DNA of 64,000 nucleotides, from contig CAYWPX010000002.1 in NCBI GenBank assembly GCA_964460615.1, positions 71,220 through 135,219 of the forward strand, given 5' to 3'. The notes below the pieces were generated by a model that worked only from the letters and a program-made list of their open reading frames with translations, was not told the origin of the DNA and searched no databases. Positions 1 to 8,792 of this stretch are shown piece by piece. Each line of letters starts with the position of its first letter. Position 1 is the stretch's first letter. Source of the stretch: an uncultured Planctomycetia bacterium (GTDB lineage Bacteria; Omnitrophota; Gorgyraeia; CAYWPX01). The position numbers and the translations under genes were made by a program.

Positions 1-152
1 ACCCATACCACGGGAACCGGTGCTTCCGGGGAGATCCTTGAAACTTTCCCCCATATGAATTCATCTATCATGACATCGCCGATGACAAGAACTCTTGCTT
101 TGTCAAAATCGGAAATAATCTTTACTAATCTTGCTAAATCTAGGTTTTTCAT
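1..152 (-). CDS. hldE: D-beta-D-heptose 7-phosphate kinase (HldE/RfaE domain I) N-terminal fragment; the gene continues past the window start
   Basis: Minus-strand translation from the ATG (rc at about 150-152) reads [50 protein letters not shown]. This is the classic RfaE/HldE N-terminus ([12 protein letters not shown]..[13 protein letters not shown]). An aaagg RBS lies upstream. Confidence 0.6.
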   Translation of the reverse strand, partial: MKNLDLARLVKIISDFDKARVLVIGDVMIDEFIWGKVSRISPEAPVPVVW

Positions 153-234
153 AAGTACCTTTATTAATGGGTTAGGGTTTAAGGATAAGGGGTTATGGTT
201 AAACCCTGAACCCTATTCCTTAGTCCCTATACCG

Positions 235-1179
235 TTAAAGCTTTTCCAAAATCGCCTGATACAATAATGGCATCATTATTTCGTGATGACCTCTGATCTC
301 TATGCCTCGGCCACCGCATGAAACAGGCCTTTTAACGATGTTCACATTAGGCCTGTAGTGAGATATCATATCAAAATTTACGGTTGTAAAATCCTTAACC
401 TTTTTATATAAGTTCCTCGCTGTAGTAAGAGCCTTCAAAAAAACTTCGGGCATTATGACTGAAGAGCCAAAATTAATCAATACACCGCCGCCATTTAGCC
501 CTGAAACAGTGTAAATAAGATTCTTAAAATCCTTATATGATGCCTCTCCTATAATAGCCCCATCGCTTGACGGCTGCTGGTGCACTATGTCGGTACCTAT
601 TGCTATATGTACAGTTACCGGGACTTTTTCTTTGTATCCTGTCGCTAAAATCGACAAATTTTTGTAAGGCGCCTTTGATCTATATATAGCCTCACCGACA
701 GACCTGCCTGCGCCATAACCTGATTTTCTGCCTTTTTTTAAAGCGCTATTGATAAATTCCGCTGTCTCTCTTGCCATTCCAAAACTGCCGTCTTTTATGC
801 CGTCAGAAACTTCTTCGCTGGTCTTTCCAGCCAAGCTTATCTCAGTATCGTGTATCATGCCTGCGCCATTTAAGGATACCGCCGTAATTACGCCTTTTTT
901 CATCAGATCTATAACCAAAGGAGAAAGCCCGACCTTAATAACATGGGCACCCATCATAAGAATAACTGCTTTTTTATGTTTTTTGGCCGAAACTATTGCA
1001 TCAACAACGCTCTTAAAAGAATCTGCAACAAGAAATCCGGGTAAATTCTTATAAAAATCGCTAAATTTAGCGTTCTTTTTTGATGGTTTGGCAAAACCGC
1101 CAAGGTCCACCTTGCTATGTCTAGCAAAAAGCGAATACGTGTTCACCTTGCTTAGATCAGCTTCATTATATCTGTTCAT
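235..1179 (-). CDS. conserved protein of unknown function, possibly deoxyhypusine-synthase-like Rossmann fold; sits in the heptose/LPS cluster
   Basis: 314-aa ORF with motifs MMGAHVIKVGLSP and GEASYKD and a Gly-rich NGGGVLINFG. A TTGACA-N17-TAAAAT promoter lies directly upstream. The family assignment is only a weak recollection. Confidence 0.5.
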   Translation of the reverse strand: MNRYNEADLSKVNTYSLFARHSKVDLGGFAKPSKKNAKFSDFYKNLPGFLVADSFKSVVDAIVSAKKHKKAVILMMGAHVIKVGLSPLVIDLMKKGVITAVSLNGAGMIHDTEISLAGKTSEEVSDGIKDGSFGMARETAEFINSALKKGRKSGYGAGRSVGEAIYRSKAPYKNLSILATGYKEKVPVTVHIAIGTDIVHQQPSSDGAIIGEASYKDFKNLIYTVSGLNGGGVLINFGSSVIMPEVFLKALTTARNLYKKVKDFTTVNFDMISHYRPNVNIVKRPVSCGGRGIEIRGHHEIMMPLLYQAILEKL

Positions 1180-1199
1180 AGATTCACCTTAAACATATG

Positions 1200-1228
1200 A
1201 TTTTACTATCAATTAGCGTCTATGTCAA
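1200..1228 (-). promoter_or_regulatory. sigma70-type promoter for the 235..1179 gene (TTGACA-N17-TAAAAT)
   Basis: The minus strand reads ttgacatagacgctaattgatagtaaaat about 14 nt before RBS aaggtga and the ATG at 1179. Confidence 0.5.
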
Positions 1229-1507
1229 TGATTTTAGTATTTTAGGTATATACGCCATATTAAACAGGCTTATCACAAGATTTTCTTTACCTTAACCTTT
1301 TGATTGATTATATGTAGCTTCAAGTATCTCAAACTGCATACCCTTTAAAGTAAAACCCTTCTCTTTTTTTGGAATACACCCTGAAACAGACATTATAAAC
1401 CCCCTATTATCTTGGAAATTTTTTCTCCTTATTAAAAAATCAGAGAACGGGAGCCAGAAAATAGAGAAAAAATTATTGCTATCTCTAATACAGAATGGCC
1501 AACCGCA

Positions 1508-2551
1508 TTATTTCAGCCTGTCTTTAAATTTTCCGATCGCTTCTATCAGGTCAGCCACCTCTATTACTTTGAGGCACTTAAAATCGACCGTACAATTATG
1601 CGCCAGGCAAACCTTGCAACCTGCATCTTTTTGTATAGAGATATCGTTAATCCCCGTCGGACCCCACCTTTTTGGCCCAAGCCCCGGATCAATTCTTCCG
1701 AAAATAGAGATAACAGGAGTGCCCACTGCTACGGATATATGTACCGGGCCGGAGTCATTGGATATAAAAAGCCTGCTCAATTTTAAGACCGAGGCCAACT
1801 CCATAATAGTGGTTTTACCGCTGAGATCGATGATCTTATCTTTATTTTTGGCAAATTCCATTATCTTGCCGGAGAGCTCAGCGTCGTCTTTGCCAGAAAC
1901 GACTATAACCTTAGCCTTAAAATTATCGACCAAATAATCCGCAACCCCGGCGAATCTCTCTATCGGCCATTTTTTGGATACCGAGCTCGCTCCGGGATGC
2001 AATGTGACTATTATATCCTTGTCGCCTATCCCAAGACTTTTTAGAAAAGATCTGGTTCTTGATAGGACCACATCATCTAATTTAATATAAAGGGATCTAT
2101 CGAGTGAATTTATCCCCAGCGGCTTTAACATATCCAAAACATATTGGGATTCGCTCAGGAGGCCTTTTTCTTTTTCATGGTGAATAATTTCAGTGAGGAA
2201 TATTTTGCCTTTTCTGTCATACCCGATACGCCTTGGTATGCCGGCTAAAAATGCTATTAGATGTGTCCTCATGGTGGGGTGCAGGCAAATAGCAATATCA
2301 AATTTAATTTTTTTTAAACTAAATGCGAATTTTAATGTTGATAGAAAATTTTTATGGGTACCGTTTTTGTCATAGACTATGACTTCATCCAAATAAGGAT
2401 TATTCTTTACCAGATCCGCCGCATGCGGTCCTACCATAAAAGCTAAGTAACCGGAGGGAAACTTCTCTCTCAATGCTTTTATAGCCGGCGTCGAAAGCAT
2501 TACATCGCCGATCCTGTCAAGCCTTATAAGTAGTATACGTTTTGGGTCCAT
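1508..2551 (-). CDS. glycosyltransferase family 9 (ADP-heptose:LPS heptosyltransferase family)
   Basis: N-terminus KRILLIRLDRIGDVMLSTPAIKALREKFP is the GT9 signature, and the C-terminal half is GT9-like. It ends with a Cys motif CKVCLAHNCTVDFKC. Confidence 0.85.
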   Translation of the reverse strand: MDPKRILLIRLDRIGDVMLSTPAIKALREKFPSGYLAFMVGPHAADLVKNNPYLDEVIVYDKNGTHKNFLSTLKFAFSLKKIKFDIAICLHPTMRTHLIAFLAGIPRRIGYDRKGKIFLTEIIHHEKEKGLLSESQYVLDMLKPLGINSLDRSLYIKLDDVVLSRTRSFLKSLGIGDKDIIVTLHPGASSVSKKWPIERFAGVADYLVDNFKAKVIVVSGKDDAELSGKIMEFAKNKDKIIDLSGKTTIMELASVLKLSRLFISNDSGPVHISVAVGTPVISIFGRIDPGLGPKRWGPTGINDISIQKDAGCKVCLAHNCTVDFKCLKVIEVADLIEAIGKFKDRLK

Positions 2552-2600
2552 AGTTTTTTTTAATTAAAATCTTATAAGCTCATGGCTCATGGGTCATAGC

Positions 2601-3593
2601 TCATGGAGTTTTGTTGTTACTATGAGCTATTAGCAATCTCTTCGCTGCTTCAAAAACCTCATCCGGCGTTATAAGCCTCATGCATTCATGATTATAACGG
2701 CACTGGGCCTCTTCGCAAGGTGAGCAGATAAGATCTTTCTGGATCACTACGCTATGCTCGGCAAGAGGGCCGTATTTTTTGGGATCTGTGGGGCCGAATA
2801 TTGCAATTGTCTTTGTATTGGTGGCTGAACCTATATGCAAGGGCGCGCTATCATTTGTAACTAAAAGTTTTGCTCTTTTTATGAGAGCCGTTAATTGCCT
2901 GAGCGTCGTTCTTCCGGCAAGATTGATTATCTTATAATTGCTGATATGAGCGATATCCTGAATAAATGTATTGTCACTGGCGTCCCCTACCATAATAACT
3001 ATAGACTTAAACTCTTCCATAAGCCTGTCATTCAGAACTGCAAATCCTTCCTTGGACCAGCGCTTAATATGACTTTTTGACCCGGGGCTTATAATAACAA
3101 TATTGTTGTCCGCTCCCATTTTTTTAAGAAAGCTATCTACAAACGCTTCGTCATCTTTTGAAGTATATAAAGTAAAATTGGCATTTTTTATGTCAATACC
3201 GAGATTATGCAATTTCCAGAGGTGGATATCTTTTTTATGGCGTATCCTTTCGGGAGCTTTATGTATGGGGCTTGTATAAATCTTCGAGCCTAACAATATG
3301 GGAAAAAGCGTATTCCTCAGATCTATCACCAGGTCATACTTTATTTTTCTCAGTTTTGCAACTAAACGCCTCTTCTGCATCATAGGAGTGGTCTTATCAT
3401 AAATAATTAATTTAAAAATTGCCGGGTTATCTTTAAATAACTCTTTACCGTTCGGGCCTACCATTATATCTACACGTGCTTCCGGAAAATTATTTTTAAG
3501 CGCACACAATACCGGAGTAGTGAGAACTATATCACCGATATTACTAAGTGTTATAAGAAGAATTCTTTTAATTTTAGTTTTATCTAATTCCAT
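2601..3593 (-). CDS. glycosyltransferase family 9 (heptosyltransferase family) paralog
   Basis: KRILLITLSNIGDIVLTTPVLCALKNNFP. C-terminal motif CSPCEEAQCRYNHECM. Confidence 0.85.
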   Translation of the reverse strand: MELDKTKIKRILLITLSNIGDIVLTTPVLCALKNNFPEARVDIMVGPNGKELFKDNPAIFKLIIYDKTTPMMQKRRLVAKLRKIKYDLVIDLRNTLFPILLGSKIYTSPIHKAPERIRHKKDIHLWKLHNLGIDIKNANFTLYTSKDDEAFVDSFLKKMGADNNIVIISPGSKSHIKRWSKEGFAVLNDRLMEEFKSIVIMVGDASDNTFIQDIAHISNYKIINLAGRTTLRQLTALIKRAKLLVTNDSAPLHIGSATNTKTIAIFGPTDPKKYGPLAEHSVVIQKDLICSPCEEAQCRYNHECMRLITPDEVFEAAKRLLIAHSNNKTP

Positions 3594-3596
3594 GTT

Positions 3597-4640
3597 TTAA
3601 ATCCCTGAAAGAAATTTATTCTCATCTATCTTTTTTATAACATCCTCTACGGTTATAGCTTTCATGCATTTGAAATCATCACAGCTAAAATTATAGCACG
3701 GCACTTCACAGCCGATATCCGAGCTGATAACTACCGTATTCTCTTTGCCATATGGCCCGGTAAGATCGGGTTTTGTCGGGCCAAAAAGCGCTACGGTATT
3801 CACCTTCAGGCTATTTGCTATATGCATTGGCCCTGAATCATTTGCTATAACAAGGCTCGACATTTTTAATATTGCTCCTAACTGCTTGAGATTTGTGGCT
3901 CCGGCAAGAATTACCGGTTCTGATCTCATCATGGATTCAATGTCATTAGCTAACTCAATATCTTTTCTGGCGCCGGTTATAACGATCTTTACTCCATATT
4001 TTTCAACTAATCTGTCCGAAAGTTTTGCGAAATTTTCCCGTGGCCATCTTTTGGGATCCCAATTCCCTCCCGGGTTGATAACTACAAGGGTATCTTCCTC
4101 TTTTATACCTTTTCTTCTTAAAAGGTTTTTTGCGAATTCAGCGTCATTCTTTGATATATAAAATTCATATCCCAGCCCTTTTACATCAGCACCTAAAAAA
4201 CCGGCGATCTTAAGAAAATAATCGACCTTATGGGCTGCCTCGAGAGGGGGCTCGATGATTTCAGTCAGGAACGCATTTCCCTTTATACTAGCATAGCCGA
4301 TCCTGTTTTTTATTCCCGACAAAACTGCTATAAGCCGTCTTGTAATAGAGCGATGGAGGAATATTGCCGTATCAAACTTCAAAGACCTGATCTCATTTAT
4401 CAGCTTAAGTTTTCCGAATAAGGATCTGTGTATGCCTTTTTCGTCATATATTATAAGTTTATCTACCGAAGGGTTGAGATCCAACACCTCTTTGGTCCTT
4501 GGCGCAATAAGACATGCTATGTACGCCTTGGGATAGAGATTCCTTATGGCACGGATAAATGGCGTAGAAAAAATGACATCCCCTATCCAATTGACTTCCA
4601 CAATAAGAATTCTTTTTGGGTTAATACCGGCTTTTGTCAT
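3597..4640 (-). CDS. glycosyltransferase family 9 (heptosyltransferase family) paralog
   Basis: KRILIVEVNWIGDVIFSTPFIRAIRNLYP. C-terminal motif CEVPCYNFSCDDFKCM. The ORF-track N-terminal extension to 4790 overlaps the upstream deacetylase gene, so I take the start as the internal Met (MTKAGINPKRILIV). Confidence 0.75.
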   Translation of the reverse strand: MTKAGINPKRILIVEVNWIGDVIFSTPFIRAIRNLYPKAYIACLIAPRTKEVLDLNPSVDKLIIYDEKGIHRSLFGKLKLINEIRSLKFDTAIFLHRSITRRLIAVLSGIKNRIGYASIKGNAFLTEIIEPPLEAAHKVDYFLKIAGFLGADVKGLGYEFYISKNDAEFAKNLLRRKGIKEEDTLVVINPGGNWDPKRWPRENFAKLSDRLVEKYGVKIVITGARKDIELANDIESMMRSEPVILAGATNLKQLGAILKMSSLVIANDSGPMHIANSLKVNTVALFGPTKPDLTGPYGKENTVVISSDIGCEVPCYNFSCDDFKCMKAITVEDVIKKIDENKFLSGI

Positions 4641-5451
4641 GCGAATTTTCCGTATCCCCTCGTCTGAAATTCCTGAATTTTTTCTTAATATCTTTGACGA
4701 ATGTATAGTAACCGCTGATCTCAAACCAAAAAACAATGGGGTTATCGCAATTCCTGGTAATCTTGATCCTCGGCATAGCGTAAACGTCATTTCTCTTATA
4801 TTTAAACGGAGGATTGGTGCTTACCGCTCCCATATATCCTGAATCTTCGACGATTTTTTTGACCTCATCATTCATTCTGCCCAAAGGATAGCAGAACATG
4901 TTAACCTTTGACCCGCTATTGGCCTCGATGACACTTTTTGAACCGGCTATCTCGTCGGATAAGACCGATACGTCTTTTATCATATCCAAAAACGGGTGGC
5001 TTTTGGTATGGCTGCCGAACTGGATCCTGTCTTTTGACATACGGCGGATCTCGTCCCAAGTAAGATAATTATCTTTGCCAATATAATCGGTAATAATAAA
5101 GATCGTTGCCGGGATATCATATTTTTTTAGTATGGGATAGGCATTTTTATAATTATCTTCATATCCATCGTCAAATGTAACAGCCACGACCTTGTCCGGC
5201 ATCTCTAAATTGCTTTTAATGCGCGAAATCAATTCATCAAGCGGTATAACCGAATATTCGTTATCGCGCAGGAATTTCATATGCTTTTCAAAACTCTCGG
5301 AAGAGACGAGAAGATTATCATCCCCCGGATATTCGGCTATCTGGTGATACATCATCACAGGAGGTACGTAGATGCTCCTCAGAGCAGTGCCGATGACAGC
5401 ATAAATTGCTATAACAATTACTATTATCGTAAATAATCTTTTTAATTTCAT
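4621..5451 (-). CDS. polysaccharide deacetylase (CE4/NodB domain), membrane-anchored
   Basis: N-terminal TM helix, then VAVTFDDGYEDNY...ATIFIITDYIG...HTKSHPFL, which are NodB-homology motifs. Confidence 0.8.
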   Translation of the reverse strand: MKLKRLFTIIVIVIAIYAVIGTALRSIYVPPVMMYHQIAEYPGDDNLLVSSESFEKHMKFLRDNEYSVIPLDELISRIKSNLEMPDKVVAVTFDDGYEDNYKNAYPILKKYDIPATIFIITDYIGKDNYLTWDEIRRMSKDRIQFGSHTKSHPFLDMIKDVSVLSDEIAGSKSVIEANSGSKVNMFCYPLGRMNDEVKKIVEDSGYMGAVSTNPPFKYKRNDVYAMPRIKITRNCDNPIVFWFEISGYYTFVKDIKKKFRNFRRGDTENSHDKSRY

Positions 5452-6548
5452 ATCTCTTTTATGGTGTTTTTGTAAAAAAGTTCTATTTTCTGCGCCATTA
5501 CCGTTAAGGAAAAATTAACCTTAGCAAATTCTCCCGCTTTTTGCCTGATAGCGTCAGAAAGATTTTTGTCTTTTAGTAATTTTACTAAAATTGCCTTAAT
5601 GCCCGGCTCATCCCCTGCTTCAAAAAAAAGTCCCGTTTTGTTTTCCTCGATAATATCCTTTAGGCCTCCGGTCCTTGAAGCTGCAACAGGCACACGGCTG
5701 GCCATTGCTTCAATAGCCGCCAGGCCCAAACCCTCTTTAAGGGACGGTATGACAAATACATCGAACATCGAAAGAGCTTCCCTCGTATCCTTAAGAAGCC
5801 CGAGAAAATGCACATTTTTCTTAAGGCCATTTGACTCAACAAAGCTAACCAATTCTTCCTTAAGCCTGCCCTCGCCCACTAAGACCAAAGAAGCATTCGG
5901 AAAATCCGCTAATAAACTCTTAAAAGCCCTTAAAAGATGCATCTGCCCCTTCTCTTCGGTGAAACGTCCTATCGATCCGATAACGGGGCTGCCTGTAACG
6001 TTAAACTTAGTCTTATAATCTATCTTATTTGCCCCGGCAAAATCCCGGAATCTATCTACGTCAATGCCTGTATATATCGTCTCAATGGAGCTTGGTTTTA
6101 GGCTGAATTTATCTATAAGGTCTTTTTTTACGGAATCACTGATAGCTATCGTTTTATCTCCAAAAAATTTGAACAATACTCTCCCGGCCCGTTTCTTGAA
6201 AAAACCGTGCGCAGTTGTCACATACGGAATCTTCGCGATCCTACTTGCAAAAAAAGCCGCAACCTGAGTCACTCTGGTGTTGGCATGCACTATTTCAATA
6301 TTATTCTCTTTGATTATTTTTAAGAGGCCGAATATAGACGCAAATGTCCTCGGGCTTAGCTCCGATTTTGTATTTATATCAAGCTTGATGTGACTTATCC
6401 CGGCTTCTTTTAGCTCGCACTCTAATTCTCCGCCGTAACTCGCCACTATTACAAGATTACCCCTGTTTTTAAGCATCCCGGCGAGATTTACCACATACCT
6501 CGCTATCCCGCCCGTATTTAAATGAGTTGTTGCAAAAAGTATGTTCAT
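5448..6548 (-). CDS. glycosyltransferase family 4 (GT-B, RfaG-like)
   Basis: TGGIARYVVNLA at the N-terminus and EGLGLAAIEAMASRVPVAASRTGGLKDII (E-X7-E region) typical of GT4. Confidence 0.85.
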   Translation of the reverse strand: MNILFATTHLNTGGIARYVVNLAGMLKNRGNLVIVASYGGELECELKEAGISHIKLDINTKSELSPRTFASIFGLLKIIKENNIEIVHANTRVTQVAAFFASRIAKIPYVTTAHGFFKKRAGRVLFKFFGDKTIAISDSVKKDLIDKFSLKPSSIETIYTGIDVDRFRDFAGANKIDYKTKFNVTGSPVIGSIGRFTEEKGQMHLLRAFKSLLADFPNASLVLVGEGRLKEELVSFVESNGLKKNVHFLGLLKDTREALSMFDVFVIPSLKEGLGLAAIEAMASRVPVAASRTGGLKDIIEENKTGLFFEAGDEPGIKAILVKLLKDKNLSDAIRQKAGEFAKVNFSLTVMAQKIELFYKNTIKEI

Positions 6549-6554
6549 TTAGTT

Positions 6555-8711
6555 TCAGGAATTAAAAATTGCCTGTCCGGATTCATCATTTGAGAAATTC
6601 TGGTTACGATTTTCCCGTTTTTTATTTAAATCGGTATCTATATACTCTGAAACAGCTTTCATGACCTCTTCGACTTTGATATCTTTCATACATTTATTAT
6701 TCTTGAGGCACCCGGGCTTATAACACGGGGAACAATTTATGCCGCTTCTTATGATTTTTACATTACCGGGCGCATGTCTTTTGGGATCAGTAGGCCCGAA
6801 AAGCGCCACACAAGGCACGTTCAGGCTTGAAGCCACATGCATAGGAGCGCTGTCGCTTGTGACCAGAACGCTCATTTTATTTATCAAGGCTATCAGGTCC
6901 CTCAAATCTGTTTTACCCGCTGCAATAATGGGTTTACTCTGGGTCTTGGAAGCGATCTCCTTGGCAAGGTCAATATCAAGTTTGGATCCTATTATCACAA
7001 CCCTTGTATTATATTTTTTTGCTATCTCATCACAAAATTTGGCAAAGTATTCAGCCGGCCATCTTTTGGTCTGCCATTTTGCACTGGACCCCGGGTTGAT
7101 ACCTACAAGGCATTTTTGAGTATTGAACCAGTTCTCTTTCAGGAATTTATCAGCCCATTGGTCCTGCACCTTGCCCGGCCAAAGCTCTAAACCTGGGTCT
7201 TCAAGCTTGATCCCTAACATCGATAATACCCTGAACTGATGCTCTATAGGGCCGATATCCGGAATATTATTTTTTATCTTGTTATTCAACAGGAATGACC
7301 ACTTCTTATTATCATAGCCGAATCTTTTGGGCGCAAGACTTAAGAGAGCCAACAAATGGCTCGTCCGGTTATTCTGAAGATCTATAACAATATCAAAACA
7401 ATTTTTCCTTAAATAGCTTCCGATCTTAAGTATATCCTTTATCCCTTTTTTCTCAGGATCAAATATTATCTCATCATCTATATAAGTGCATCCGGCAAGA
7501 ACCTGCCTTGACTGAAGCCCTACAAGGACTTTTATAACGGCATTAGGAAATTTTTTTCTTATAGCCCGAAGGCTGGGAACTGACAATATAACGTCCCCGA
7601 TAGCGCTTATCTTTATTACCATAATATTAAGGCTTTCGAGGGCCTCTTCATACACCTTTAGAGTGCTTTCAAGCATCTTCTTGACGCTGAAGTTATCTTC
7701 TACATTCTTCCGTCCGTTTATAGCAAGTTGTTGCGCAAGATTTTTGTCTTTTGCTATCTTCAGTATTGCTTCTGACATTCCTTTCGGGTCATTAGGGAAG
7801 CATAATAATCCGTTGATATTATTTTTAATCACATCAAGGACCCCGCCGACCCTCGTCGCAACTACAGGCACCCCTGAGGCCTGGGCCTCAATAATGGTCC
7901 TTCCGAACGCTTCGGGAGTTGTTGTGGCAGAAACAAGGACATCCATCTTAGAAAGAACCTCGGGTATATTTTCCTGAAATCCCATAAACTCTACGATAGG
8001 TTGTAACCCAAGTCTTCTTATAAGTAACTCCAGCTCCTCTTTGTATTTCAATTTATCTTTTGACGCGTCCCCCACAATCAATACCTTAAGTTTCGGAATT
8101 GCCCTTGATACCAAAGCCGCCGCCTTAATAAAATCCGTGTGCCCCTTAAGCGGCGTTATCCGCGCTATTATACCCATTGTAAATTCATTTTTATTTTTAT
8201 CTCCGGGCGAGGAAAATCTGAACTTATCAAGATCAACCCCTCTATGGATGATCCTAATCCTGTTATAAGGGACTCCGAAATCCTCTATCATATGCTTAGC
8301 AATGGGATTTGATATGGCTATGACAAATTTTCCCCATCCCATTACGTAACTAAATATATTTTTGGAATAATACCCATGCGCTGAGGTTATAAATTTCACA
8401 TTGGTAATGCGTGAAGCAAAAAATGCCGCTATTGCGGGTACCCTGCTTCTGGCGTGCACAATATCGATCCTCTCGTCTTTAATTATTTTAACGAGCTCCC
8501 GGACCATCCTGATAACAGTAAGCGGGGATTTTTTATACACGGGAAGAGTATAGTGTCTGATCCCTGAGCGATCTAAGTGGCTTGTAAGCGGCCCACCGCC
8601 TGAGACTACGATAGATTTATGTTTATTTTCGGCCAAAAATCTGGCCACATCTATAGTCCCGCGCTCAACACCGCCGTATTCCAGCTTTGGTAATATTTGA
8701 AGTATATTCAT
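6555..8711 (-). CDS. fusion protein: N-terminal GT4 glycosyltransferase plus C-terminal GT9 heptosyltransferase-family domain
   Basis: Residues 1-360 are GT4-like (YGGVERGTIDVARFL...EAFGRTIIEAQASGVPVVATRVGGVLDVI). Residues about 365-718 are GT9-like (IMVIKISAIGDVILSVPSLRAIRKKFP...). The protein ends with the same Cys motif CSPCYKPGCLKNNKCM. Confidence 0.8.
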   Translation of the reverse strand: MNILQILPKLEYGGVERGTIDVARFLAENKHKSIVVSGGGPLTSHLDRSGIRHYTLPVYKKSPLTVIRMVRELVKIIKDERIDIVHARSRVPAIAAFFASRITNVKFITSAHGYYSKNIFSYVMGWGKFVIAISNPIAKHMIEDFGVPYNRIRIIHRGVDLDKFRFSSPGDKNKNEFTMGIIARITPLKGHTDFIKAAALVSRAIPKLKVLIVGDASKDKLKYKEELELLIRRLGLQPIVEFMGFQENIPEVLSKMDVLVSATTTPEAFGRTIIEAQASGVPVVATRVGGVLDVIKNNINGLLCFPNDPKGMSEAILKIAKDKNLAQQLAINGRKNVEDNFSVKKMLESTLKVYEEALESLNIMVIKISAIGDVILSVPSLRAIRKKFPNAVIKVLVGLQSRQVLAGCTYIDDEIIFDPEKKGIKDILKIGSYLRKNCFDIVIDLQNNRTSHLLALLSLAPKRFGYDNKKWSFLLNNKIKNNIPDIGPIEHQFRVLSMLGIKLEDPGLELWPGKVQDQWADKFLKENWFNTQKCLVGINPGSSAKWQTKRWPAEYFAKFCDEIAKKYNTRVVIIGSKLDIDLAKEIASKTQSKPIIAAGKTDLRDLIALINKMSVLVTSDSAPMHVASSLNVPCVALFGPTDPKRHAPGNVKIIRSGINCSPCYKPGCLKNNKCMKDIKVEEVMKAVSEYIDTDLNKKRENRNQNFSNDESGQAIFNS

Positions 8712-8722
8712 AATTTGTTTGC

Positions 8723-8782
8723 TCTAGGGTCCAGGGTCTAGGGTTTAAGGTTTTCAGCCCTACAGCCTGGAGCCGGGAGCGA
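8723..8782 (-). repeat. tandem heptamer array CTAGGGT/CCAGGGT/CTAGGGT/TTAAGGT followed by CAGCCCT/ACAGCCT/GGAGCCG; shares the 12-mer tagggtttaagg with the 168-233 element
   Basis: Read directly in the spacer between the LpxL-ELM1 stop and the GT4-GT9 start. Confidence 0.55.
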
Positions 8783-8792
8783 TTTTAGTTTT

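Noticed and set aside
1180-1507. Small gene or ncRNA in the 328-bp spacer upstream of the unknown LPS-cluster gene
   Set aside because: Only a promoter and period-8 T-rich repeats (attttagtattttaggtatata) were recognisable. No conserved RNA motif or credible ORF was found, and coding potential is unsupported.
4641-4790. N-terminal 50-residue extension of the third GT9 gene (ORF track start 4790)
   Set aside because: The extension overlaps the 3' end of the deacetylase gene. The conserved GT9 N-terminus (KRILIVEVNWIGDV) begins right after the internal Met, so I used 4640 as the start.
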